Shown here: positions 12,411 to 26,000 of the stretch, piece by piece
How the letters are laid out: each line of letters starts with the position of its first letter
Numbering within the stretch: position 1 is the first letter of the stretch
Source: Azolla caroliniana
Lineage: Eukaryota > Plantae > Polypodiophyta
Direction of reading: 5' to 3'
Assembly: GCA_043228905.1 (NCBI GenBank)
Contig: JBHGNT010000006.1
Coordinates: 2,976,001-3,040,000 of the forward strand
DNA length: 64,000 bases
Program-made: the position numbers and the translations under genes
Notes under the pieces: generated by a model
The model's input: only the letters and a program-made list of their open reading frames with translations
Told to the model about the DNA's origin: nothing
Databases searched by the model: none

Positions 12411-15400
12411 CGGTACTTACTTATTCATTTTGTATAAATTCAAGGGCTAAATGCCTTTTACCATACCCAACATCCAACCTAGTAGTTCACTTGGATAATG
12501 ATGGTGCTATATTGTATGTTTGTGTTTATATCCTTAAATTTCACCGCTATAGAGGGGCCTATTTTGTAAATTAATCCAACTTGCCCTATGTAAATAAGCA
12601 TGCCTTGTTTCATGTTATAAGTCAAGGTGACCAGAATCTGTCTCTCTTTTAGATCCTAATGATTTCAGAGGACCACAAATAAGTCTTATCTATCTCTCTA
12701 ATCCATGCCTCCATCCCTTCCATTGAAAGTCATGGAAACCTCCTTCTCGCCTCCTAGGGTAGAGTGCTCCATATCTAAGCTATGTAAAGTTTGGAAAGAA
12801 AGTTTGATTAACTTATTATGTTGGGATTAGTTATTCTTGGTTTTCGAGTATGCTTGTGTCAATGTTATCACTAACACATGGTATTCATACATGTACACAT
12901 GACAATGTTTTGACTCCCCCCAAGCTTCAAGCATAAATATTCCATTGGCGAGGTTGATTTGTAAGAGAAACCACCTAATTGTTTGTTAATATTCGGAATG
13001 TGTATCGTTGGGCATTTTCCCGAAAATATAAGTTCACATAATGGGGTTACCATATCCATCTAGTTAAAGTTTTGGCATGCCATTTAATGCGATCGATAAA
13101 CTTTTGTAGTTCTTTTAAATCCTTTGGGTTGCACCTTTACTACTATTTGTAAGTTGTAACATTTTCTGCATCAATGGTTATTCATTTGATCGATACTAGA
13201 TATCATAGTAATTTCCCACTTTAAATAACGTTTACTTTTAGGTGGGTTGAGAGACATCCAAAATTCCCGTCATTTCTTTCAGTGCAATCTTACATGCCCC
13301 ATGTGTTTATCCTGTTTTACTTTAATGCAAAAACTATCAATGAAGATTCTCGTAAAATATGTGATACCTCAAATGTTTTCATAGTGCCTCGACAAATATG
13401 AGATTGGGCCATTTTAAAGTCCAAAACTCGTAATAAATAAAGGAAAGTTGTTTTCTCCATGCCTTCTTTAGCCATACTATTAAGAATCTAAAATTATATA
13501 ATCAGAATCTTTCAAAAACACTCTACATTTCTCCTCTTGCAACATAATCAAATAGTGTCAATGTAGGGTAGGGGAAATGGATATGACATTGTTGGTGCAT
13601 TTAGCTTCCTATAGTAATACAAGGACTGATTATTCCATCATTTTGGGGTGCCACCATAATTCGTCATACCCAACTACCTTAATTAGTCGATTTAATTAAG
13701 CCAAAGTTTAGTAGGTTCTCTAATTCTCCTTTAACCACCTTCACATAATTCAGATTCATCCTTTGGAGCAACATCATCTTTCAAAAGTGATTTTGAGAAT
13801 GAATAATGTAGGATCTATGTGACACATATTAATATAGTTATATGCAAGACCTCTTTACATTGCTTCACAATTTAGATGTGATTTAAATGCAAGATTAAGA
13901 TTGACATTTGCCATTGCCATTCTTGTAGCTTGTATTCCTATATTAGACTCGTCTAGGGCATATGTTGAAACCATAGCTATTTTGCTTTGATATTGCCAAA
14001 ATTCATTTTGATTTGTTTGAGAGTTGTTTCCATGCCTATATTGGACTTGTGTGATTGATTGGATGAGGGATAACACATAAAGGAAAAGCATAAGTAGAAT
14101 AGTGTGTTTGTTAACTATAGTACTAATGCCATGGACATTGATGAAGCAATGGACAACTGGACCTACACATATAATTGTTGCATAATTAAGCAAAGGCCTA
14201 TTCTAGATTTCTTTGGTAATATAGCCTTTGTTTTGTTGGCAAAAATGTTTTTCATGTCAATACCAAACACAAAAGTTTGTGGATTGTATATCTCTAATTC
14301 TTGAAGATACTTGTGAAAAGCATATTGATGGGGTTATAGATCTTATGTATATCAAAATTAAGACCAAGTTTAAGATATCTTTACAAAAGTTGTTCTGAAA
14401 ATCTTAGTTAAAAAACAAGTCTAATTACTTGTATATACATATTTCATGTCCAACCTTATGGCATTTCTTAAAACTAAACTAGTATCTTTTTAAAAGAAAG
14501 CTCTTTTGAAAGATAAGTTTTCTCAAATTTTGGAGAATGTTTGGACTCCATGACTTAAATATGTGGTCACCATTGGCTGAATACAATTGTATTAAGATAT
14601 GCATTGTTTTGCATAAAAGGTAATGACTAGCCCATGTGAATTCAAAGAATTGAAAAAACAACTATTGTTCCAAAGATAGGTTTTCTCAAAGTTTGGGGAA
14701 TTTTTGGACTAGATGACGTAAATGTGCTCTTAAGAGGGATCAACACAACTGCATTATGAACGTGTAACGGTTTGCATCAAAAATTGAAATATTCCCTCAA
14801 GATTGCAACTCTTTTTTACCATATATCACACAAATACTATTCTGTAAGCATACAATATTTCAAAAATGACATTAAAAACCTTGGCTTCTTTATTGAAAGC
14901 AGATCCTAAATTAACATCAATTACACTCTCATATTTAAGTGAATGACACCAATGGAACAATTCAATACATATTTTATTGTAAGGTCCAATTCACAACGAT
15001 GTACCTTGTTTTGGCATCAATAGATATAATAGTTGTGCACACATTGTGTACAATACTCATTTGGATTTATTCCAATATCATGACATGTCTAGGCCTACAT
15101 GAATAATTGTTTTCATATTGTTCTTCATTGTCCTTGTCCAAGAGCATGCCATTCATTTTTAATCATCTTACTTCACTCCTTGTGAGTCGTGACTCTTATA
15201 CTTTGAGCGTCGAACAACCAAATTATATTGGCATTGTCAATTCCAAAAACTTTCTCCTTCAAATATCATAGATGTGAAGCAAATGGGGTAGTTGAAAAAT
15301 AGTTACAATCTATATCCATGTCCAAACCATCAAAATTTGGATTCCAAATATAAAACATTGGAATGAAACATTGAACTTTGGTTTTGAAAACTGATTTTTC

Positions 15401-17899
15401 AGTTCAAGGGTGTCTTCCATATAGACATGGATGTTTCTATTTGGACATTTCGTGGACTATTCGATTTATGTTCTTGACTTCGTGGTGTGGATATTGCAAG
15501 AGCTTATTGAAACCCAAATGTGGGTTGATATACATATCCCTTGGCAAATGTGATACACTAGAAGGATAAACTAGTTACTCTTTGTCTTAAAATGTTGTGC
15601 ATGAATATATATTGTACATAACTCTTGTCCAAACTGGTCGTTGCAAATAATTTGTTTTCAAATATTTGGACTTGTAAGTGATGTCTCTTAGTCACTCTTA
15701 TGGTTGTCCATACAAAGACATATAGAGAATCGGTATCATAGAGTATGTTATTGGCATATTAAATATTTAGACATGACTTATGTAAATTGTATATAGTTGT
15801 TTCGTTGCAAGTGATATCTCTTAATCACTCATATATTTGGTCGTCCATATAGAGGTAGAGAGAGACAGAATCAATATTACACTATATAACATCATAGCAT
15901 TGATGTATCACAACTTATAAATATATATATATATACAATTATTCAACATTTGTTTTTCCCAATAATGCTTCCATCAATTGAAATTCGCACTTTTTTTTCA
16001 AATACATGTAGTATAAATTTATTGCTACTCTTCCAAATACACTATATTTCTTAGGGTTTCCTTAATTTGAGCTACAAAAAATATTGATGCTATAATATGA
16101 AACATTTGGCAAGTTTAAGGAATCTCTGAGGGGAACTATGCAACAAGGGCCATTCTTGATGCAAATGTGGTGAGGTTGAGTAAAACTTACGTACAAACAC
16201 ATATGTATTTGATCAATATAGTACCATATATTGAAAGAAAGCTGCTTACAATTTTAACGGAAGACATCTTGTTTGATAAGAAACGCATATAGCATTAAAG
16301 ATATATAATGGGTTATTGTATCACATATCATTGTACGGCATTTCCATGCCATATTATTTGAACATTCACATAGCTATGAAGAGGGAAGAGAGTTTATAAG
16401 GAACCAATGGCTTGACACAGGTTATGTATGTGCTTGAAGCCCAAATTGTAACTTGCCACAAAAAAGTGTCGAATTCTAATGCGATAGGTTTTAATTTTAA
16501 GTCTTAAGAGTTTATAGAGTCTTGACACGTATAAAGGTGATGTCGCATACATAATTCATGCATTGGGTATTATCAATGTCAAACCATGCATTAAAGGGAG
16601 GTTTTCCTCTAGTTGATGTTTAAGGAGATCAATGCCAACCATAGCAATAAGTCTAGTATTTAGCGTTATTATAACCTTATTCCCACTTTTCTACCTCGCA
16701 CTTATCTTCAAATTGTCATTCTTGGGTTGTCTTTGAGTTTTTTCAAGTTCATTAATGTGTGTATGTTTTCTCGCACAACTTTGCCCGTTTTTTTAACGGC
16801 CCCCTCCTCCCCTCACCTTAGTGTGGCTCAACCTCTCTTGACCTTGCTTATCTAATCTACTCAGTGCTCGCCTCTTTATCTCTCTTATCAAATTGTTTCA
16901 CCATTCACCTCCAACCTCGGCATTACCTTGACGATTTCAAACAGGTCAAACACATGCACCTTTTTTAGTGTGGCCACTCCTTGAAGATTTCTTTGTTTTC
17001 CTTATCAAGTTTTATGTTGCGCTTGGTAAGTCCAATAATTGTCGGACCTCAATGAAAATTTTTTATAGCTCATAACAAGGCTCATGGGAAACTTTGACAT
17101 ATGAGTTGGAGTTAAACAACTTGCATGCAACGTCAAGGCAGAGGTGCAAATTCTTCTTGACCAAATCTGTCGTGGACTGATGAGTTATGTTGTCATGTTG
17201 CCAATGGTTGTTTAAATCACCAAAAAGAATGAGCCTCGATACTGTGAAGCATTTGTAATTACTACTGCAATAGTAATTGTGAGCATTAATTTTTTTTCTA
17301 GGATTTGAATGACAATAAATACATATTATGTTCTTATGATTTACCTTAAATATCTTCTCCGCGATTTGAACCTCCAAACTTTTCTTTTTTATAACTCTTA
17401 TTACTTTTTACAAAATGTTAATATTTACTGTTTATATTCTATTATTTCCATTACTAATTAGCCATCACTCTCTGTTTGCAAAAAAAAGCCCACGTGATCC
17501 AACCATCACAACATTTTGGAGGCATCAAGTGAGAGCAAGTTGGAGGTTGTGTTGATCGCATACACATTGGTGGAAATGATAAAGGTGAAACCTCTCTCAT
17601 GTCTTGATTAAAGCACTTAGTATACCTATTTTTGCAGCAATTGGTTGAGATGTTGTATTAGGACGGTATGAACGGAGCACAATAGCACATGAGAAAGATA
17701 AGAAGAATGATGGAAACAATTGAAGAATATTTGGAGGATGTTTGAAGCATTCATCAAAGTGATGGAGAAGGATGCAAAATGTTGTGCAAAAAGAGGCTCA
17801 AATATGGCAAAGGTTGTAGATTAGTGAATTGACACCCTTTGCATGCACTATGTAGACTAATGTGTACAATAGTGGCCAACAAAGCATTGTCCCTCCCAA

Positions 17900-19564
17900 C
17901 ATACGCGAAGTGTTTCTTATTAATCTTACCCCAATCCTTGAAAAATGGATGTTAGTATTTCCCAAAATGCTTCACAGACCTGCTCATCCCATTTCACAAA
18001 ATCATAGGAGTCTATCCATGATTCTTTCATGTTTGGATTGTAAAAAACTTTTGCAAATTGTTATCGCTAATCTCTTTGTTCCAAAGTTGGATGTTAGATA
18101 TTCCTTCTTTCCCATTGAGAAACACAATACCTACATCTATCAAGTGTTGTAGTTTTAAGAAGTCCCCATGTATCCAAGTGGATGGCATCTAGGATTGTGG
18201 GGGTGGTAGAACCTACATATGAAAAGCTTTTTTATTTTTGTATATTCCCATACATCCAAATGGAAGACATCTAGGAGACTATTACTCACGTTCAAATTAT
18301 TGAGAAATGAATATGAGTGCTTCTTTCCAAATTTGCATGTTTCACACATGCTTCTCATCCCTTTTCACATGAAGTTTGGGAATTCATTCATGACTCTTCT
18401 TTGCATCACAACTTTTGCAAGTTCAGATGGTTCATTTGTTTGTGCCATATTTCGATGTCAAATGTGCCTTTGTTTTCCCTTTGGTGGTCAGAAACATCCA
18501 CCCTTCTCTTCTTTCACAAGAAACTAGTGGGGCCTTGTCCTTGGGGTCTTCCATGCCTTGCTCCATTATTTGTCTAACCCACACAAACTCCTTTTGTAGC
18601 AAAGGAAATATGTAAGACATTCTTGATGCATTTTTAAAATGCATCACGATTGTCCATCGTTATTTCATCTCCCATTTCCACATGGTTGGGCTACAACAAT
18701 GTTCACATTTCATGAAAACATTCTTGTGACTCATCATAGTGCTTGCTAAAATTACGTTTTCCTTGTGATTCATCTCAACCATTCCCCCATAATTGTTAGG
18801 GTTATAGTTGATGGTGTAGTTAGTCAATTGCCAATTTTTATTGGCACCAGTCTTTTTCTCGTGACAATTTTTCTCAATGTCACCGAGCTTTCCACAATAC
18901 CATCACTTCCGCTTACATGTCAAGTTTGGGAATCTACAATTTGTGAGTGTCATTCTTCATCGTTATATATCCTCCACCATTGGATTTTAGGTGACAACCA
19001 TCTTCCAAGTGCAAGTGGAGCATTTGGTTGTTTGAGGCCATATTTTGATGCCATCGTTTTCTTCTACTGACAACATCACTTTGAGATCAAAGAATGATGA
19101 CGATGTTTTTCTTGTGAAGATACCAATGTGGAATTAGACGAACCAATGTGATTTGCCACCAAGATATATCTCCACCATCTTTTCCTTGTAAACCTTTTTG
19201 TCAATTGAGGCAAGAGAGTCACATTATAATTTTCTCTTTACCATATAACAATTGTGTTTGCTTAAAAACTCCTCTTTAGATTTTCTCTTGCTTCCCTTTG
19301 CATCTTAAGTTGAGCAAGTGGTTGTGCACACATGTCCATATATAATACATGGTGTGATGTGCACCATTTCTTCATCAAAGCAAAGACTTTGTGCATCACA
19401 TCAAGCATGGTGCCAAATTGTCTTTAGCGTAACCTCAATACCCTGAAAACTAATTGGAGGATGAATGTTACTTTTGCATGCTCAACATATAAGGTAATTC
19501 ATGAAAAGTAAGATGGATTGCAAAATGGGCAGGGTAATCTAAGGGTCATACTCAACTGTCCACA
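17900..19564 (-). mobile_element. Degenerate Ty1/Copia element (5' LTR, PBS, protease/integrase relics)
   Basis: Putative LTR 19127-19564 (TGTGGA...TGTCCACA), followed on the minus strand by a TGGTATC Met-tRNA PBS at 19119-19125. Integrase zinc-finger/core relic CETCKFGK...LLDVFHLDVW in ORF 18155-18358. Many stops. Confidence 0.7.
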
Positions 19565-22500
19565 AAGAAGGGTGATCACATAAGTGCATGCATTATTTTC
19601 ACATGTAGAGTTTCTACTATGGAGTAGTAACTTCCCTTCTTAGGAGTCGCATACAATGTGATATGTAGATTTTGTATCATATATCAAAATTGGCCTTCTT
19701 GTGGAGGATAACAAATCTATTTTATTCCATTCCTTTCTCCATAACCGTGAAAGGTGGTGGACTACTTCCATACATGAGCTATGTAGTTGCACGATAATGG
19801 AAATGGTTGAACACTTCAAGGTATATGAGTTAGTTATTCTTGATGGACGACCTCAAGGATCACCACAATTCAAATAAATTGACAACCTCTACACTTTCAT
19901 TCAATCAAAAGGCATCTCCCGTCAGTTAATCATAGAATTTAAGACATGTGCCGCAAAGGGTGTGCTCAAATACGTGGAGTATGGTTAAGCTTGGTATCTC
20001 AATAAGTGTATTTCACTTTCATTTAATTCAAGGGTGAAGATTATACATACATGTCCCATTGATTGTGTAGTAGAACATTCTAACTTATTTGAGACCATAA
20101 GGTATTAAATGTAAGAACGAAGTCGTTCCATTATTCAAAGCCTCCATCCATATGTTTGAGTATACATTGATGCATCATAGTTGTGGATGCCAATGATTAT
20201 ATACTCAAAACTCATGCTCACATTTTAGATTGGTTAGAAGGGTCATGTTACTAAAGATTCTACATACACTTTTCTGGTAGGTCGTATTAAGAGGACAAGA
20301 TTCAATTTGTATTGAAGTATTGGAAGAATTAATTTGTCCATGTTTCGTTCTTCCGTTATTGCATATGAATGAATATCTTGATGATAGGCATCATAACCAT
20401 CGTGAGTGTGATGATAGATAAACACTTGACATCTCGATACATAAAACACATATCCTTATGGGATGAATATTTTATTTGCCTTGTACAAGATTGCTTACAA
20501 TAATTTCCCATTTTTCCCATAAACAAAGGTAAACCCCTCAAAGTAGGATGTTTGTTACTACCATGGTAAACTTCCTGTGCAAAGCAGGTAAGTATTAAAA
20601 TAGTGCTCATTGCAAGATTTTCGGCAACCCACATAGGTGTGATAGGCATACCAAAATATTGTAAGTTTACTCCCATAAAAACAAAAGTTACATCTCCAAA
20701 ATTAACAAATACTTTTGTTGGATATGTTGTGTCATTTGTATTGGTTGCACATACAATTTGTATCTTAAGCTCAATCTAAAATTTAGCAACCATTTTTTAG
20801 TATTTTCAAATAGTTGGATAAATGACACGCTTCCTTTATATACTAATTTTCTAAACAAACAAATTGGGAGGATTTTGTTATTCTTTTATTCACATATGAT
20901 GGTGATAATTTATAAACATGTCTCCAAACGTTCTCGCCCATTCAATAGTAATGTACGATTTGCACCCTTAACCACCGCTCATTAGATTAGACAAGGAATA
21001 ACTCCTCGATGTTAGGGATTTTTTTTATAGATATGTGGCAGTATACAACAACTTTGGGGTTCACATGCAAACTAGTTGATGAGAAGAATCATATATTACC
21101 TCCACAGAAGGAGAAAATATCCCTCTCTAGCTAGATTTCTAAGAATTCTAAATATCTAAGACTACACATTAAATTTTGTGCAATAAAATTCATCCTATTT
21201 TGCATGTTAGCCATTGGTAGTCTCCAATGCAAGTGATACGTTGCAATACACATTAGTTACATCATGGTGCAAGCGGGGCATATTTTTAATTCACATAACA
21301 AATAAACATGTCATAGTGTTTCTCATCGGTCATTAGTCAACTTGAGAGATTTTTTATGCATTGAGCACTCTTTTGGGAAGACAACGCTACACATTATGAA
21401 CATTTCCGGGGTATATTTCTATGAAACTATGTATACAAGTGGGGAATAATGTGACATATATTGTAGTTTGCACATGCCAAATCTACACACACGTGAAGGC
21501 TATGTAGGAAGGTTAATGTGTAGCTCCACAGGTGTAAAACCTCATAGTAAACTAGGGGATGGAGGGATAACAATTTATTGAATGGTTGGATGCATGCCTA
21601 TATATAACATTGTCGGAGAGGGGGAGGTCAATATCATGTCATTATTGTTCATGACGATAAATGCATTTAATTTGAAATATGTACAAACGATAAACAATTT
21701 GATCTAATTAATAAGTTTCCTACAATATAGCTATCAAATTAGATTCATTTCATAGTTAGTCTATATTAAAAACCATTTAACATGGCAATCTATTATATTG
21801 TTATGTTTGCACACAAACACACACGATGTATCGTGATGTTTGAATTGATCATACATAACAGGTTTCTATTGCCTAGCAATTGAATCAAAAGTGTCATCAA
21901 CAAGCTGGATAATTTTGATGTAGGTGGTCGTGTTTGTTGATAGAGTTGAAAGTTTCTACCCCAAGACTTTAGATTTGTTGTTAATCAAAACACTATCAAT
22001 TTTCATAGTTGGGATCATGGCACCTACTTTCATGGTATTCCATCTATAAAAAAAGTAACTATGCCTTACCAAAGGCCAATCTCATGCTTTTTATTTCTAT
22101 TTTTAATTTCTTCCAAAAACAATCCCATGCGTTATGTTCCATAAGATTAGGCAAGTGTATCGTTGATATTTCCAAATCGAAGGCATGATTGTCTAAGGTT
22201 CCACTAGATATGAATATCAGTTTGGTCCAACCAAGAATTGGTCATATGATTATTTGGGTGGAGGGACTGCTATTTGTAGTTACAACAAGACAAATGAATA
22301 TTATATGCATTTATGTTAAATAGATCTATATCTGTATATGGAAAACTGCCAACTACCCTTTTGCCTTAAACGTGTGACGTTAAAGTTTTGACTTGTTGGA
22401 AATATTTTGTGAAGGGGAAGTCAAGGACCCGAGCTCTTTTACGATGTTTATACAAACACATACCATTGGCATCTCATAATTTCCAACTATAAGCGATGTG

Positions 22501-22842
22501 CACATACACAATTAGTGAAATTTACATTAACATTCACATGCACATGCATGTGGATGTGCACACTTGCACGCCCACTGCCAATTATATTCATGTTTACATG
22601 CACACTTATCATATTCACATACAAACACATCCACATGCACGTGTTGTGTGTGTGTGTGTGTTAGAGAGAGAGAGATAGAGAGAAGGTCAAGTGAATTTTG
22701 GCATTAGATACATTATTGGTTCGAATGGTGAGGATTTGGTTTTTTCATATGTCAACGCCCCCCCCCCCCCCCCACCCTTTAAGTGGCAAGAAGACTAGTC
22801 AGCCCAATAACAAAACATTTGAACAGTTGGCTCTATATTCAT

Positions 22843-22849
22843 TATAAAA
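22843..22849 (+). promoter_or_regulatory. Putative TATA box of laccase 1
   Basis: TATAAAA upstream of a CT-rich leader and the ATG at 23082. Confidence 0.4.
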
Positions 22850-23081
22850 GAGCATGGAGAAAATCACAGAAACACTCATCCTTCCTCTTCTTCATTATAA
22901 AAACATACTACCGTCTTCTTCATCATCATAATTAACATACTACATTAGAGAGACAGACACTCACCCTTCTTCTTCTTCTTCTCACACTTCTTCATCATCA
23001 TAATCATCATCATCTTCTTGTTGTGTTTTGCTTAAGATTGACACTTCATTCATACCATAAGTAACACCAATAATCGTGACC

Positions 23082-26000
23082 ATGAATGCCCACATTGATT
23101 ATAGCCTCTTTAACATATTCTCCATCCTCTTGCTCTTCTCTTTCGTCTTTGTACGGCCTGCTCATTCTACTCGAGACATCAAACTTGATTGGAAGGTAAC
23201 CAAGAAATTCAGTTCTTATTATTATAAGTTGTTTTCCAAATATTGGTGGAAGAGGTCGAGTTAATCATGCTTGTTGTGAATGCTAATTATGTCCTTGTGA
23301 ACCATTTGTTGTTTTAGATTGATATTAAACCCAACCCAACCCAATGCAACTTAACATTTAAAACCATTCGGTTATTGAGTCTTTTCCCAATTTGATCAAT
23401 TTATGTACATGTCTCTTGTTTCCCTAACTACCATGCCCAATATAATGTGTTTGTATTTATCAATTTCATCATGAATTAAAATGCAACTTAGTTCACCTTC
23501 AATAACATGTTGAGGGTTCCATATATTTGTGAGACAACACATATCTTCTAGGTTTTTCAAATCATTTCTTCCATTATGATTTGAAAAAGATTTAGGCTTT
23601 TTTACTTGCCTATATTTGATATTTGAAGTTAAACTAAATAAAGATTACACATACCACATAAACATGACCCACACTCCATTCACATCAACAAGGTGTTGTT
23701 TTCCCTTTTAAAGCTTTGGTTTTGAGATGGTTTTCTCTTGTTGATGCAGATCCAATATGCTAATGTCACACGCCTTTGCCGGACGAAGTCAGCTGTCACA
23801 GTTAATGGGTTGTTTCCCGGACCAACCGTTCATTTAACCGAAGGAGACCAAGTTAGCATCAAGGTCACCAACCTCGTTTCCGACAACATCACCATCCATT
23901 GGTATTTCATTTATTAACAATTGCTCTCTTTTTTCCTTCCTCGTCATAATTTTAATGTTAACCTATAATCATGTTGAATTCTAAAAGATAATTATTGTTT
24001 GGAGTATGTTTCTCAATAATAAAAAATCACCATTATTTTAACTCATTAGTTGTTAATAAAGTCCAAAAAACAGACTCTAGCTTGAATCAGTATTGTTGAG
24101 TTTGTTGGCCAATTAAGAGTCACTACTTTTGAACTAAGATTTTTTAGCTTCTCAAACATTTTTTCTAGTCTTACAAGGCATATGTTGTATCTTACAAAGG
24201 AAAAACTCATAGATTAAAAGAGTGCCTATTGGTTAGATGCTCTTGAAATCCTTTGTCGTATAAGATACCACTAGAAATTAAGTACAAATATTTAGAGAGA
24301 ATGCACCTGCATGTTTTATTAAAAGACTCAAATGTGCAAGTACTAGCATTTAATTTTTTTACACATTATGTCGTTAAAAGGCGATGTAACATGGCTCGAA
24401 AATATCAATGTAAAAATTTCCCTTTTGATGAAAGAGTTCATAACATAAAGCTCTTCAAACATGAGCTAACATGGGGCTGAAAAGATAAATTTAAAGAGTC
24501 CATTTCAATGGGATGATGTTATAGAATGTGACAACACAATACATCATGAGTCGGTGCACATCATTTATAGTGCCAAAAGGTAGTAACTTTAGTTAAAGAT
24601 TTTGATGTCCCTTGTGGTGATAAGTACAAGTTTGATCAAAAAACAATATTACCCTATGCATGCCAAAGCTCACACACATTAATGCTTCAGTCTATCATGT
24701 CAAATGTTACTTCCCTTTTTGACAGTTTTTATCGAGAAGTCTTTGCAACTTATCTTTTCCTTAAACCTAGATATTGCTTTATTGTCTCTCTTTTTTTTTA
24801 AAGATCATCGGACTTGTCCCTAATAATAAAAATGATAATGTCACCCATGTGCATGTTTCACATCAATGTTTTCTTGAAAACTTTCATTTTGTTTTTTCTT
24901 TTTCTTTTGTTTTTTTTGTAGAATACATGCATTAGTTTGTTATCTCTATAGATTGCCTTTCAAGCCTCTCTACATCATTTGACATCACATAGGTAGGTAG
25001 TTTATGCATTCATAGTTTGATACTAATGTCAAAATCCAAGATTAATTTCAATTGGAAGGTTGATGTAACCTTCTTTCAAGCTTTGTTTATTGGGAGGTGC
25101 TAGTCCATATCCTAAATGAATGGAGAAATAATTGCTCATAGGAAAGATGAAGTTGACCACGTAATCCTTACTCGAACATGCATAAAATAGGGTGGTAATC
25201 ACATCGCTATTTCTTTCCTTCTTTGTTGACCTTGGCATCACATTCGCTTTGTTAAAGACTTTTTTATTTGTCAACGGTGCCCATGTTTATCTTTAGACAA
25301 CATTATTGAAAAGTGCCTCTCTTTTTTTTCCCTAATTCTTTTTGTACCTAACTTATTTGCCATGTTACTTCGTAAGCTTAAAATAGGAAATTACAATGCA
25401 CACGTAATGTTGTGAACTTGGATTCATGTCTCGATTAATATAATATGGCACGTGTTGATGAGAAGGAAGCCCAACTCTACCCACTATCAAGTTATACTAG
25501 AATATAACAAAAAACACTAGCAAGATGTTTATGTTGTTATTCATTAGCTTCTAAATTTTACTCCTTCTTGTGTCGCTTACATATTACTAAGGCTTGTTAA
25601 ATGTTTTATATCTTCCATATTTGATTGATTCCACCCTCTTCATTGTGGTAAATTACGTCCTTATTATTTTATTTAGTCTCCGTCTTTTTCTCCATAAAAG
25701 TGGTGCATGTAATTATATGATGCGACAAATCTTTGTTGTCTGTTTTACAAGGGTGGGTATCTCATAGCAACTTGCAAGGTAAACTCTATAATATGTTTTA
25801 AGACATGAATGTCATCACATGAAGATGATATTATCAATGAATTTTTTGTCATCGATAGTTCTAAAATGCCCTCTACACCTTGTTATCCTTGTTGGTTTAT
25901 ATGAACTTTCGAATTTGTGAATAATAGAGGGAATCATTTATTATTTTAACCATTTATGGTTTCCTTCTAGGAGCATAGAATCTCTCAAGTTTCAACTTTA

